Numbered from the stretch's first letter, positions 17,386 to 26,636 are shown. The stretch: 35,117 bases of DNA from an uncultured Rhodobacterales bacterium (GCA_964502335.1 CAZCWO010000006.1:1-35117); one strand, 5' to 3'. Notes: generated from the sequence alone by a model not told the origin. Translations and numbers: made by a program.

Positions 17386-17526
17386 ATGGCTACAAGAAAA
17401 TCTACTTCTACAAAATCTAAAGCTTCTAATAAAAACGTTAAAGAAGTTAAAAAATCTATTTCTAGAACCGGCTCAAAGAAATCATTGGGATTTTATGAAT
17501 GGTTAAACAAACTTGGGATAGGCTAA
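17386..17526 (+). CDS. Candidate small basic protein (46 aa), unannotated
   Basis: ATG 17386 to TAA 17524..17526. Sequence: MATRKSTSTKSKASNKNVKEVKKSISRTGSKKSLGFYEWLNKLGIG. AGGGA (17371..17375) lies 10 nt upstream. It is below the size cut-off of the ORF track. It fills an otherwise empty 243-nt gap in a very compact region. I recognised no homology. Confidence 0.4.
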   Translation: MATRKSTSTKSKASNKNVKEVKKSISRTGSKKSLGFYEWLNKLGIG

Positions 17527-17531
17527 TTATA

Positions 17532-19304
17532 TCAACCTTTAGGCATTCCAGCTAATTCCATACCCTCAAGAATAATGTCCTTGATAATAGTGGGTGCAAC
17601 TTTTTCGTAATCTTTCAAAGTTTTTACTTTTGGTCTAAGTTCTTGATATTGCATTAAATACTTTTTAGCGTTTTCTATGTCTCCTTGTAATGCGGTTACG
17701 CTTGCAAGAAAACCATATGCACCTGTAAAGCCTGGATTTTTTTCAAGCATATAGTTTATGTTTTTTAAAGCTTCATCATAATCCTTGAGACCAATGTTAA
17801 TTAGCCATAAACCACCAGTTTGATAGCGTTCTCTATCTGGACCAGAAGGACTAAGCTCTAAAGCTTTAAGTGCATGTTCCTTCGCTTTTTCAAATTCTTT
17901 ATTGTTTGTAAGAGCCAATCCATAGTCAAAATTTGCGGCAGCATGATTAGGGTTAATTTTAACAGCTTTTTCCATTAAGGAAATTCTTTTGTCATATTCC
18001 TTTTTTAAATTATGTGATCGGCTCAGAACGATAATAGCATCTGGATTTTCTGGATCTAGATCAAAAGCAGTTTGAGCGTTTTTATGAAAAGTTTCTTCAT
18101 TTTCTTTTCTTTTGTCTTGTAGCTCATGATTGAAAATATCATTATAACCTGAATTACATAATAAAACATAATTATCAGAAATTTTTGGGTCTAGTTCAAT
18201 GGATTTATAACAATGAGCTTTTATTGCATCGGAGCCTTCTCTGTTGTTGTAACAACTTAAAGCTCGAAGATATTCATCCCACGCGTTCATATTTTTAGTT
18301 TGTTTTTTGACAACGCGCTTACCTTCTTGTTCTTTAACAGCAGGGGATACAACTGCAGCTATTGCGGATGAAACTTCATCTTGAACTTCAAAAATATCAT
18401 CAAGGCTTCTATCCCATTTGTTAGACCACAAGTGATGATCTTCACTTGCATCTATTAACTGAGCAGTAATTCTAACTTTATTACCACCCTTCCTAACACT
18501 GCCTTCGACAATATATCTTACGCCTAATTCTTCAGCTACTTCCTTCATGTTTACGTTTTTGCCTTTATAAGTGAAGCTTGAATTTCTAGAAATTACTGGA
18601 AATGTTTTCCATAAAGATAAATTAGTAATTATATCTTCTGTCATTCCATCAGCGAAGTATTCTTGTTCTTCATCACCGCTCATATTGGCAAAAGGAAGAA
18701 CTGCAATCGCAGGGGGTTTACTTATTTCTTCTTCACTTTGAGTTTGTTTCTCGAAAGTTCTTTTTTCTAGCTCAGGATCAGATAAGTCAAATGCGTGGAC
18801 ATTTGTATTTTTTATTTTTTGTTCACCCAGATCATGGAAATTGAGTTCTGTTTTCTTATTTACAAAATCTAAAATGCTTTTTGAAAGACAAACTCCATCG
18901 GGTTGAGATAAAGCTTCTAATCTTGCAGCAACATTTACACCTTCTCCATAGAGGTTTTCACCTTCTACAATTACGTCGCCCATATTCAAGCCAATTCTAA
19001 AGTGCATTTCTGCATCTTCAGAAACATTTGCATTTCTTTCTCGAATTAGATTCTGAAATTCTTTGGCACAAATAACAGCTGAAACTGCACTTTGAAATTC
19101 AGCTAAAACTGAATCGCCTGCCGTATTAAAAATGCGGCCACTATGTTCCTTAAATAAATTATCTAAAATATCCCTGCAAGAACGGAAACTTCTTAATGTT
19201 TCATCTTCGTTTTTTTCCATCATTTTACTAAAGCCAACTACGTCAGTAACAAATATGACAGCAATTTTTCTATCTATGTCTTTTGACATTATACCATCAA
19301 CCAA
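17532..19304 (-). CDS. Class III nucleotidyl cyclase with a TolB-N-like central domain and C-terminal TPR repeats
   Basis: N-terminal cyclase homology domain (IAVIFVTDVVGFS, TAGDSVLAEF, RIGLNMGDVIVEG..YGEGVNVAARLE). Central module AVLPFANMSGDEEQEYFADGMTEDIITNL...RYIVEGSVRKGGNKVRITAQLIDA. C-terminal TPRs (KSIELDPKISDNY, MEKAVKINPNHAAANFDYGLAL, ALKALELSP). The likely start is ATG 19289 (MSKDIDRK) rather than TTG 19304. Confidence 0.85.
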   Translation of the reverse strand: MVDGIMSKDIDRKIAVIFVTDVVGFSKMMEKNEDETLRSFRSCRDILDNLFKEHSGRIFNTAGDSVLAEFQSAVSAVICAKEFQNLIRERNANVSEDAEMHFRIGLNMGDVIVEGENLYGEGVNVAARLEALSQPDGVCLSKSILDFVNKKTELNFHDLGEQKIKNTNVHAFDLSDPELEKRTFEKQTQSEEEISKPPAIAVLPFANMSGDEEQEYFADGMTEDIITNLSLWKTFPVISRNSSFTYKGKNVNMKEVAEELGVRYIVEGSVRKGGNKVRITAQLIDASEDHHLWSNKWDRSLDDIFEVQDEVSSAIAAVVSPAVKEQEGKRVVKKQTKNMNAWDEYLRALSCYNNREGSDAIKAHCYKSIELDPKISDNYVLLCNSGYNDIFNHELQDKRKENEETFHKNAQTAFDLDPENPDAIIVLSRSHNLKKEYDKRISLMEKAVKINPNHAAANFDYGLALTNNKEFEKAKEHALKALELSPSGPDRERYQTGGLWLINIGLKDYDEALKNINYMLEKNPGFTGAYGFLASVTALQGDIENAKKYLMQYQELRPKVKTLKDYEKVAPTIIKDIILEGMELAGMPKG

Positions 19305-19429
19305 AAAGTTTTAAATTTAATATAAAATTACAACTAGTAAGATTAAGTTATATACTAATAATTAATATAATAAAATTTTTTTAATAAAATATCTTTAATT
19401 AAAAAATAGTAATGTTTTAATTAAATAAA

Positions 19430-20389
19430 TTAATCAGACAAAAAATTAATTTCCAATTTTTTAGATACTGTAAAAATTTTTTCTATATATTTTTTATTTC
19501 TTTTTTTGCCATTAGGTTCATTAATTCTTGAAATATTCCAACCAACATATGTAAAGGATCTTATCAAGATAAAAATATTGAGAAAGTTAAAATCTAAAAA
19601 TCTTACGGATAAATATCCTTTAAGAATATTCTTTTTAATTGTTAAAAAATTTTTGTCTTTAATGTAATGTAATAATGTTGTTGCTATATCAAAAAGCCTA
19701 AAACCAAAACCACTATCATCAAAGTCAATAAGATTTACTTTATGGTTATCCTGAACCAAAACATTATCTCTTACTGCATCTGCATGTATCAAACCATAAT
19801 CTAATTCACCAATCGTTTTTTTTAGGAAAAAGTAACATTGTTTTTTCATTAAATTAATATGATCTGTTTGAGTTGGAGTTAACTCTGGATTTGTCCAAAA
19901 TTTATCCCAGACTGGGGCTTCACCTAAAAGTCCTTCAATGTCCCATTTTCTCTTGCGGAACTGATCAGGCTTGATCCAATCGTCAGAAAATTTATGTATT
20001 TTCGCAATTTCTTTTCCAAGATTAAAAAAAATTATTTCATTAATTTGTTCATCTTTATTTTTATTTATTTTTGTCAAAGGTAATCCATTTATCCAAGATA
20101 AGACTGAGATTAACTGACCTTCAATATCCTCAATATAATTATTCTGAATTGATTTGACTGGTTTTGGAACATTAATATCTTTTTCATTCAATGCTTCCAA
20201 CCATAGCAATTCAGAAACTATTTCATATTTGTGTGAATAATTTTTTCTATGAAATCTCAAGACTAATCTATTTCCAAAATCGTCCTGTGCTTTAAATGTA
20301 AAGTTTTCTCTATAAGCAATTAGTTCAGTTTTTGTATTATTTATTCCCCAAAGTGACAAAGTTTTTTGGATTAATGCTTTTTCAATCAT
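19430..20389 (-). CDS. Small-molecule kinase of the APH/choline-kinase/homoserine-kinase-II fold
   Basis: Brenner-type catalytic motif LIHADAVRDNVLV and the metal-binding LIDFDDSGFG. Its start ATG shares one nucleotide (20389) with the stop of the upstream aminotransferase-fold gene. Confidence 0.8.
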   Translation of the reverse strand: MIEKALIQKTLSLWGINNTKTELIAYRENFTFKAQDDFGNRLVLRFHRKNYSHKYEIVSELLWLEALNEKDINVPKPVKSIQNNYIEDIEGQLISVLSWINGLPLTKINKNKDEQINEIIFFNLGKEIAKIHKFSDDWIKPDQFRKRKWDIEGLLGEAPVWDKFWTNPELTPTQTDHINLMKKQCYFFLKKTIGELDYGLIHADAVRDNVLVQDNHKVNLIDFDDSGFGFRLFDIATTLLHYIKDKNFLTIKKNILKGYLSVRFLDFNFLNIFILIRSFTYVGWNISRINEPNGKKRNKKYIEKIFTVSKKLEINFLSD

Positions 20390-21678
20390 TAAATTTTATT
20401 TCTAAGTAATACTTTATCCAATTTTTCTAATAAAAAATCAGCATTTTTTAATGAAAATGACATTGGGGGCCTTATTTTTAAAGTATTGTAATTAATTCCT
20501 AATTTACTCAATAAAACGCCTTCTTCCTTCATTTCATTAACAATTTTATTTGTTATATCTTTTGCAGGAGTTTTAAGTTTACGATCTAAAACAAGTTCAA
20601 CTCCAAAAAAAAGACCTTCACCTCTAACATCTCCTATTATTTCATAAACCTTGGAGAGATCTTGAAGTCCTTTAATGGCGTAATTTCCAACAGATTGAGC
20701 ATTTTCCATTAGTTTTTCTTCTTCAATTATATTTAAAACTGATAGAGAGGCTGCGCAAGATACAGGGTTACCGCCAAAAGTATTAAAATACCGATAACTA
20801 TTTCTAAAAGTTTCCATATTTTTATTCGAAGTAATCACAGCTCCTACAGGGTGTCCATTGGCCATTGGTTTTCCTATAGTGACAATATCTGGTTTTATTC
20901 CAATAAAATCATGTGCCCACATTGTTGATCCTAGCCTTCCAAAACCTGGTTGAACTTCATCAGCTATCAAAACTCCATTGTATTTTGTAACGATATCTTG
21001 AACTGGATTTAGCCAGCCTTTTGGTAATTTTGGGAACCCTTCATTGGCAAAAAATGGACATAAAATTAATCCAGCAAATTTTGTATTTTCTTTTTGAAAT
21101 TCTAATATTGATTTTTCTAATTCTAACGCAAAAATATCTGAGTAATTGTGGCTAGTGCCGTTTCCAAGTGGCCGATAACTGTCAGGTGCGGGGATATGTT
21201 TAAAATACTTAAATAACTTATCGTTTGTTGGATTTGTTGAACTTAATTGGGATACTAAGGCAGTATTTCCATGATATGTATGATCAGTGGAAATAATTCC
21301 TTTTGAACCTGTAATAGTTTGAGCCATTCGAATGGCTATGTCATTAGCTTCTGAACCTGTACAAGTCATAATTGCAGTAGTTAAATTATGATCTAATGTA
21401 TTCGTAAGTCGTTCAACGTAATTTAATATACCTTCGTGTAAGTAACGAGTGTGTGTATTCAAAGTGGATGCTTGTTTAGTAATTGCTTCAACTACTTTTG
21501 GGTGGCAATGCCCAACATGAGGTACATTGTTATAGCAGTCTAGATACTTTTTACCTTCTTTGTCCCAAACCCAAACATCTTTTCCTTTCACTAAATGAAC
21601 AGGAGTTTCATAAAATGTAGGCAAATTAGGTCCAAGAAGTTTCTCTCTTCTAGTTAATAGTTCGTTCAGGTCATTCAT
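20389..21678 (-). CDS. Class-III aminotransferase-fold PLP enzyme of the ETNPPL/PHYKPL (AGXT2L) phospho-lyase type
   Basis: Blocks YLDCYNNVPHVGHCHPKVVEA, TGSEANDIAIRMA, ADEVQPGFGRLG and the PLP-lysine block DIVTIGKPMANGHPVGAV. NNV.HVGHCHP and GKPM.NGHP are the blocks I associate with the AGXT2L1/AGXT2L2 subfamily rather than ordinary transaminases. Confidence 0.8.
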   Translation of the reverse strand: MNDLNELLTRREKLLGPNLPTFYETPVHLVKGKDVWVWDKEGKKYLDCYNNVPHVGHCHPKVVEAITKQASTLNTHTRYLHEGILNYVERLTNTLDHNLTTAIMTCTGSEANDIAIRMAQTITGSKGIISTDHTYHGNTALVSQLSSTNPTNDKLFKYFKHIPAPDSYRPLGNGTSHNYSDIFALELEKSILEFQKENTKFAGLILCPFFANEGFPKLPKGWLNPVQDIVTKYNGVLIADEVQPGFGRLGSTMWAHDFIGIKPDIVTIGKPMANGHPVGAVITSNKNMETFRNSYRYFNTFGGNPVSCAASLSVLNIIEEEKLMENAQSVGNYAIKGLQDLSKVYEIIGDVRGEGLFFGVELVLDRKLKTPAKDITNKIVNEMKEEGVLLSKLGINYNTLKIRPPMSFSLKNADFLLEKLDKVLLRNKI

Positions 21679-21778
21679 TTAAATTTCTATAATGTTTTAT
21701 TAATTATATTTTTATATATTAATGAATATAGTTTATTATTTAAACAATATATTAAATTTAAATTAATGGATTAAAATT

Positions 21779-21967
21779 ATGCCAATAATTCGTGTAGAAA
21801 TATTTAAATGTCGTACCAAAGATTCACAAAAGAAATCTTGTTAAAGAGCTTACAGAAGCTTTTAATAGGGCATGAGGTTATACCATCAAGAGATAGATGT
21901 AATGTTGTTTGATATTGAGCAAGAAAATTGGGGATCTGCAGGCGTTTTATTCTCTGAAAAGAAATAA
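21779..21967 (+). pseudogene. 4-oxalocrotonate tautomerase family pseudogene (multiple frame disruptions)
   Basis: Frame A reads MPIIRVEIFKCRTKDSQKKSC then TAA (21842..21844). Frame +1 from 21831 reads RNLVKELTEAFNRA then TGA (21873..21875). The third frame reads ..EVIPS... Frame A resumes as ..EIDVMLFDIEQENWGSAGVLFSEKK then TAA (21965..21967). Joined together the pieces give a ~62-aa tautomerase-like sequence with the N-terminal Pro2 motif MPII.V. Confidence 0.75.
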
Positions 21968-21990
21968 ATGATTTAATATAAATAAATTAT

Positions 21991-22941
21991 ATGAACATAA
22001 ACGATAAATTTGATTTGGGAGCATTTGAGGCTTCTAATTTCTCAAAACAAAAAGAAATAGCATCTAGGATCGATGAACAATTACAAAGTGTTGGTTTTTT
22101 AATTGTTTCAAACCATGGTATTGAATGTGAAAAAATTAATAATATTTGGTCTGCTTTAATAAATTTTTTTAATTCAAATCAAGACTATAAAAATAAAGTA
22201 AAGGCCCCTTTTAAGGGGTATCCTTACGGATATTTAATTTCTGAAAGCGAAACCTTAGCTAAGTCAAAAGGTGAGTTCACACCTCCAGATTTAAAAGAGA
22301 GTTTCAATGGGGGACCATTGAACATACCAAAAGGAATAAGTAGTGATGCACTAGAGTTTTGTTACTTGCCAACGATTTGGCCGAATTTAGATAATTTTAG
22401 GAAAAGTTGGGAAGATTATTACTGTGAAATGGAGAATCTTTCTAAAAGACTAATGACAGTTTTTGCGATCGCTTTAAAATTACCTTCAAATTATTTTGAT
22501 CCTTATATAGATAAACCAATTTCTGCTTTAAGAGCATTGAATTATCCACCAATCAATAAAAATATTTTACCAAACCAATTAAGAGCTGGCGCACATACCG
22601 ACTATGGCAGTTTAACTATTTTGTTACCTTTTGACCAGGTTGATGGATTGCAAATTAAGGACTTAAAAGGTAATTGGATAGACGTTCCATATGTAAAAGA
22701 TTCATTTATAATTAATATTGGTGATTTAATGGCACTTTGGACTAATGATCGCTGGACTTCAACCTTGCATAGAGTTATCCCTAGAAATAAAAGTTTTTCA
22801 AGAAGGACATTAGTTTTCTTTCATCAGCCTAATTGGGATGCAAAAATTAAATGTTTAGAAAGTTGTAAAGGGGAAGGAATGAAACATTTGGAGGTTGTAT
22901 CTGGCCCTTATTTGATGGAGAAATTCAAATCTACAACATAA
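21991..22941 (+). CDS. 2-oxoglutarate/Fe(II)-dependent oxygenase (IPNS/ACC-oxidase-like family)
   Basis: HxD...H facial triad in typical contexts (RAGAHTDYGSLTILL and TSTLHRV). RxS-type 2OG-binding context (SRRTLVFF). N-terminal DIOX_N-like region (VGFLIVSNHGI). Confidence 0.85.
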   Translation: MNINDKFDLGAFEASNFSKQKEIASRIDEQLQSVGFLIVSNHGIECEKINNIWSALINFFNSNQDYKNKVKAPFKGYPYGYLISESETLAKSKGEFTPPDLKESFNGGPLNIPKGISSDALEFCYLPTIWPNLDNFRKSWEDYYCEMENLSKRLMTVFAIALKLPSNYFDPYIDKPISALRALNYPPINKNILPNQLRAGAHTDYGSLTILLPFDQVDGLQIKDLKGNWIDVPYVKDSFIINIGDLMALWTNDRWTSTLHRVIPRNKSFSRRTLVFFHQPNWDAKIKCLESCKGEGMKHLEVVSGPYLMEKFKSTT

Positions 22942-22958
22942 GTATATAATTAATTGAA

Positions 22959-23483
22959 ATGGCTATATATAATTTAAATAAATTAAAACCGAAATTACCT
23001 AATGGTGATTATTGGATTGCTGAAAATGCACAGGTTATTGGTGATGTTAGGCTTGGAGTTGATACAGGTATTTGGTTTGGAGCAGTTTTACGTGGAGATA
23101 ATGAGCCAATCATTGTTGGAGACAAAACAAACATTCAAGAAAACTCAGTGATACACGTTGATGAAGGTGTAAAAGTAGTGATTGGATCTGGGTGCACTAT
23201 TGGTCATAAAACCATAATACATGGGTGCACAATTGGTTCAAACTCACTAATAGGGATGGGGGCAATTATATTAAATAATGCTATTATTGGTAATAATTGT
23301 TTAGTTGGAGCAGGTTCATTAATCACTGAAGGGAAGGAGTTTCCTGATGGAAAACTTATTCTTGGATCTCCAGCAAAAGTTAAAAGAAGCTTAACTGACA
23401 ATGAGATAAAGCAAATTGAATGGTCAGCTAATCATTATGTTGAAAACTTTAAAATTTTTAAAAAAGGGCTTATTAAAAATTAA
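22959..23483 (+). CDS. Gamma-class carbonic anhydrase-like / left-handed beta-helix (YrdA/PaaY family) protein
   Basis: Hexapeptide repeats throughout (VIGDVRLG, IWFGAVLRGD, IQENSVIHVD, IGHKTIIHGCTIG, IGMGAIILNNAIIG). The size is 174 aa. Confidence 0.85.
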   Translation: MAIYNLNKLKPKLPNGDYWIAENAQVIGDVRLGVDTGIWFGAVLRGDNEPIIVGDKTNIQENSVIHVDEGVKVVIGSGCTIGHKTIIHGCTIGSNSLIGMGAIILNNAIIGNNCLVGAGSLITEGKEFPDGKLILGSPAKVKRSLTDNEIKQIEWSANHYVENFKIFKKGLIKN

Positions 23484-23499
23484 ATAGAAAGTTAAAGAT

Positions 23500-24102
23500 A
23501 TGAAAATTGATATTTCTGGTCAAAATTTAGACACAGGTGAATCTTTTAGAGATTACGCTGAAACTAACTTAAAAAAATCTATAGATAAATACTTTGAGAG
23601 AGCCATTGCAGGTTCAGTGATATTGAAGAAATCTTTAAATAACTTTTCCGTCAAAATAATTGTTACTTTAACTAGACGTACTAAATTAGAGACAAGCGGC
23701 AGTTCTTCTGATGCTCATGCAGCATATGATATCGCTCTTGAAAAAGCAGAAAAAAGATTGCGTCGTTACAAGCGAAGACTCAAAGATTATAGGTCCAAAG
23801 GGGATAAAAAAGAACTTATATTTGCTCAAGAAACCGTTCTAGATAGTAAAGTTGACCTTGAAGAAGAGATGATCAATGAAGATGGAATGCCTCCAGTTTT
23901 GATGGAGTTGTCTTATAATATTGAGGAAATGACAACTGAAGAAGCCATTATGAAATTTGATTTAGAAAATTTAAATGCACTTATGTATAGAAATATTTCT
24001 CATCAAGGATTAAATATGCTTTATAGACGTAATGATGGTGCAATTGGTTGGGTCGATCCAAGGGGTCATAGAGGCCACACTGTTTCAAAAGTTAATCTAT
24101 AA
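23500..24102 (+). CDS. hpf: Ribosome hibernation promoting factor, long form
   Basis: N-terminal S30EA/RaiA domain (MKIDISGQNLDTGESFRDYAE...YDIALEKAEKRLRRYKRRLKDY). C-terminal long-HPF dimerisation domain (EEMTTEEAIMKFDLENLNALMYRN...LNMLYRRNDGAIGWVDP). Confidence 0.9.
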   Translation: MKIDISGQNLDTGESFRDYAETNLKKSIDKYFERAIAGSVILKKSLNNFSVKIIVTLTRRTKLETSGSSSDAHAAYDIALEKAEKRLRRYKRRLKDYRSKGDKKELIFAQETVLDSKVDLEEEMINEDGMPPVLMELSYNIEEMTTEEAIMKFDLENLNALMYRNISHQGLNMLYRRNDGAIGWVDPRGHRGHTVSKVNL

Positions 24103-24114
24103 GGGGCAAAACTA

Positions 24115-24759
24115 GTGAATTTAAAAATTGTATATTTTGATTTTCCATTTTGGCGTGCAGAAGTTGCAAGAATATCCTTGTTTAAAGGCAATATTAGATT
24201 CGATGATATTAGAGTTAATGGAGATGATTTTAAATTTATTAAAGAACATGGAAAGATGAAAGATGGAACATTAGTACCTTTCCGTCAGTTACCAATTTTA
24301 GTTGTTGAAGAGAAAACTATTGCGCAAACAGGAGCTATTGCAAGAATATGTGGGAAACTGAGTGGATTATACCCTGAAGAAATGATTGAAGCGGGTAAAG
24401 TGGATCAAATAATTGATACTGCTACAGATATTAATGTTTTATTAAGGCCTTCAATGCAAGAAAGTGATCCAGTCAAGAGAAAAGCAATGCGTGTTGAGTT
24501 GGCTCAAAATGATTTGCCTAAATATTTTGGGTACTTAGAAAACATTTTAGCTGATAACAAATCTCACTGGTTTGTTGGTGATAAAATGTCTATTGCAGAT
24601 ATTGCTATTTGGAGGCTTATGGGGTGGGTAACTTCTGGTGTCGTTGATGATATTCCTAAAGATATTCTTAATCCTTTTAAAAATCTTAACAAATTATATA
24701 ATGAAGTTAAAGAAGACGAACAAGTTTCTAAATGGATGTTAAAAACTTATAAAAAGTAA
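24115..24759 (+). CDS. Glutathione S-transferase family protein
   Basis: GTG start preceded by AAGGGG. Thioredoxin-like N-domain (KIVYFDFPFWRAEVARISL...FRQLPILVVEEKTIAQTGAIARIC). Helical C-domain with SIADIAIW. Confidence 0.8.
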   Translation: MNLKIVYFDFPFWRAEVARISLFKGNIRFDDIRVNGDDFKFIKEHGKMKDGTLVPFRQLPILVVEEKTIAQTGAIARICGKLSGLYPEEMIEAGKVDQIIDTATDINVLLRPSMQESDPVKRKAMRVELAQNDLPKYFGYLENILADNKSHWFVGDKMSIADIAIWRLMGWVTSGVVDDIPKDILNPFKNLNKLYNEVKEDEQVSKWMLKTYKK

Positions 24760-24760
24760 A

Positions 24761-25126
24761 ATGAAAAAAATTTTATTAATTATTACTATACTAATTTCAA
24801 GTCAATCATATGCGTATATCAATGAAACCTATGACTGTAAAATGAAAAACTTTATTGGTATTGATAAAGATGGATTGCCTAAAAAATGGAGAGAACAAAA
24901 ATTTTCTTTTAAGTGGAAAGACGATTTTACCATTCAGTTTAGCAAAGGGGGATATTTTGATAACCTTACATCTGAAAGAATAGGATGGTTTAGCGCAAAT
25001 AAAGACAGCTTTAATATTCATCATGATATTTATATAATGAATTACGCAAATAGGTCTCTTTGGTTTTCTCATGTAAACCCAGAAAGCGGCATTCTAAATA
25101 TACATGCAAACTGTGAAAAAAGATAA
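24761..25126 (+). CDS. Small exported protein, function unknown
   Basis: Starts 1 nt after the GST stop. Signal peptide MKKILLIITILISSQSYA|YINE. Two Cys residues (CKMKNF..., ..HANCEKR). No family recognised. Confidence 0.6.
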   Translation: MKKILLIITILISSQSYAYINETYDCKMKNFIGIDKDGLPKKWREQKFSFKWKDDFTIQFSKGGYFDNLTSERIGWFSANKDSFNIHHDIYIMNYANRSLWFSHVNPESGILNIHANCEKR

Positions 25127-25169
25127 TAAAAACATATATTTATAATAATTAATTAGTATAATTTATTAA

Positions 25170-26636
25170 CTATAAAAATTTATTATTTAGATAATTAATC
25201 AGAGATTTTTCATCAGGCTGCCTTCCAATTGCATCAGCAATTAGTTGCTCAGGTTTCTTGATGCTACCATAAGAATAAATATTTTTGGTTAACCACTCTA
25301 TAACTGAAGACAATTCACCTTTCTGAACTTCACTCATAACTGGTTTTACGTCATTAAGTATTTTGTCATAAAGACAGCCTGCGTAAATATTTCCTAATGT
25401 ATAAGTAGGAAAATAACCAAATAATCCAGCAGACCAGTGAACGTCTTGCATGAAACCATCAGAAGATTTTCTGATCTCTACACCAAAGTCATTTTTAAAT
25501 CTTTCATTCCAAGATTCTTCAATATTTTGAACTTTCAAATTTCCATTAATTAAATCTTTTTCTAAATCATATCTCATAAGGATGTGTAAATTATAATGAA
25601 TTTCATCAGCTTCAGTTCTTATAAATGAGTTTTCTACTTTATTAATGTATAAATAAAAATCTTCTTCATTGTTAATTCCAAAATCTCCAAATTTTTCAAC
25701 CATAATTTTATATAAAAAATTACAGAACTCTCTACTTCTCCCAAATTGATTTTCAAAAATTCTTGATTGACTTTCATGAACTGCCATTGACGCTCCTTGT
25801 CCATTTGGCGTGTATATTAAGTCCTTTGGAATTTGCTGTTCGTAAACGGCATGACCTGTCTCGTGTATTGTTGAATAGAAACAATTAAATGGATCATAAT
25901 TGTCTATTCTTGTGGTAATTCTAACATCATTCCCACTTCCAGTAGAGAAGGGGTGTTCTGATAAATCAATTCTGCCGATGTTAAAATCATAACCAAAAAT
26001 ATTCGCTAATTTATTTGAAATTTCTAATTGTAATTTTTTATCAAAAGAAAAGTTTAATTTAGTTTCAATTTCTTTTTTATCAAAAATAATATTACGTAGC
26101 TTAATAAGCTCATTTCTTAATCTATTGAAAATCTTATCAAGTTTTTTTGATGTCATCCCTGGTTCAAAATCATCAATTAATGCATCATAGACATTGTCAG
26201 AGTTTGATAAAATTTCAGCTTCTCTTCTTTTTAGATTGATGACTTCCTTAAAGTAATTAATAAATTCATCTGGGTTGTTATTTTTCCTTGCTTCAACCCA
26301 AGACATTTGTGAAAGTGAGCAAACCCTAGTAATTTCTGTAGCTAAACTATTTGGTATTTTTGAAGATCTTTCATAGGACCTTTTAATATGATGGTAATTT
26401 GCTTTTTCTTCATTTTTTAGCTTTTTAACGTCAATTTTACTTAAAAAATCTTCGATTTTTAAATTTGAACGTCTTTTATGAATTTCGCTTTCTATCGCTG
26501 CCAGACAATCAGCCCTTTGACTGACACTCCCTTTTGGCATCATGGTTTCTTGATCCCAGGCTATTAAACTAGAGCCATGTGCTAGTGCTTCCGTTCTTTT
26601 TACATAGTTCATTAAATCGTTGTAATCTGAGTTCAT
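25170..26636 (-). CDS. Carboxypeptidase Taq-type metallopeptidase (family M32)
   Basis: HEXXH as IHETGHAVYEQ, plus the M32 hallmark blocks HESQSRIFEN and FIRTEADEIHYNLHI, and DVHWSAGLFGYFPTYTLG. Confidence 0.9.
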   Translation of the reverse strand: MNSDYNDLMNYVKRTEALAHGSSLIAWDQETMMPKGSVSQRADCLAAIESEIHKRRSNLKIEDFLSKIDVKKLKNEEKANYHHIKRSYERSSKIPNSLATEITRVCSLSQMSWVEARKNNNPDEFINYFKEVINLKRREAEILSNSDNVYDALIDDFEPGMTSKKLDKIFNRLRNELIKLRNIIFDKKEIETKLNFSFDKKLQLEISNKLANIFGYDFNIGRIDLSEHPFSTGSGNDVRITTRIDNYDPFNCFYSTIHETGHAVYEQQIPKDLIYTPNGQGASMAVHESQSRIFENQFGRSREFCNFLYKIMVEKFGDFGINNEEDFYLYINKVENSFIRTEADEIHYNLHILMRYDLEKDLINGNLKVQNIEESWNERFKNDFGVEIRKSSDGFMQDVHWSAGLFGYFPTYTLGNIYAGCLYDKILNDVKPVMSEVQKGELSSVIEWLTKNIYSYGSIKKPEQLIADAIGRQPDEKSLINYLNNKFL

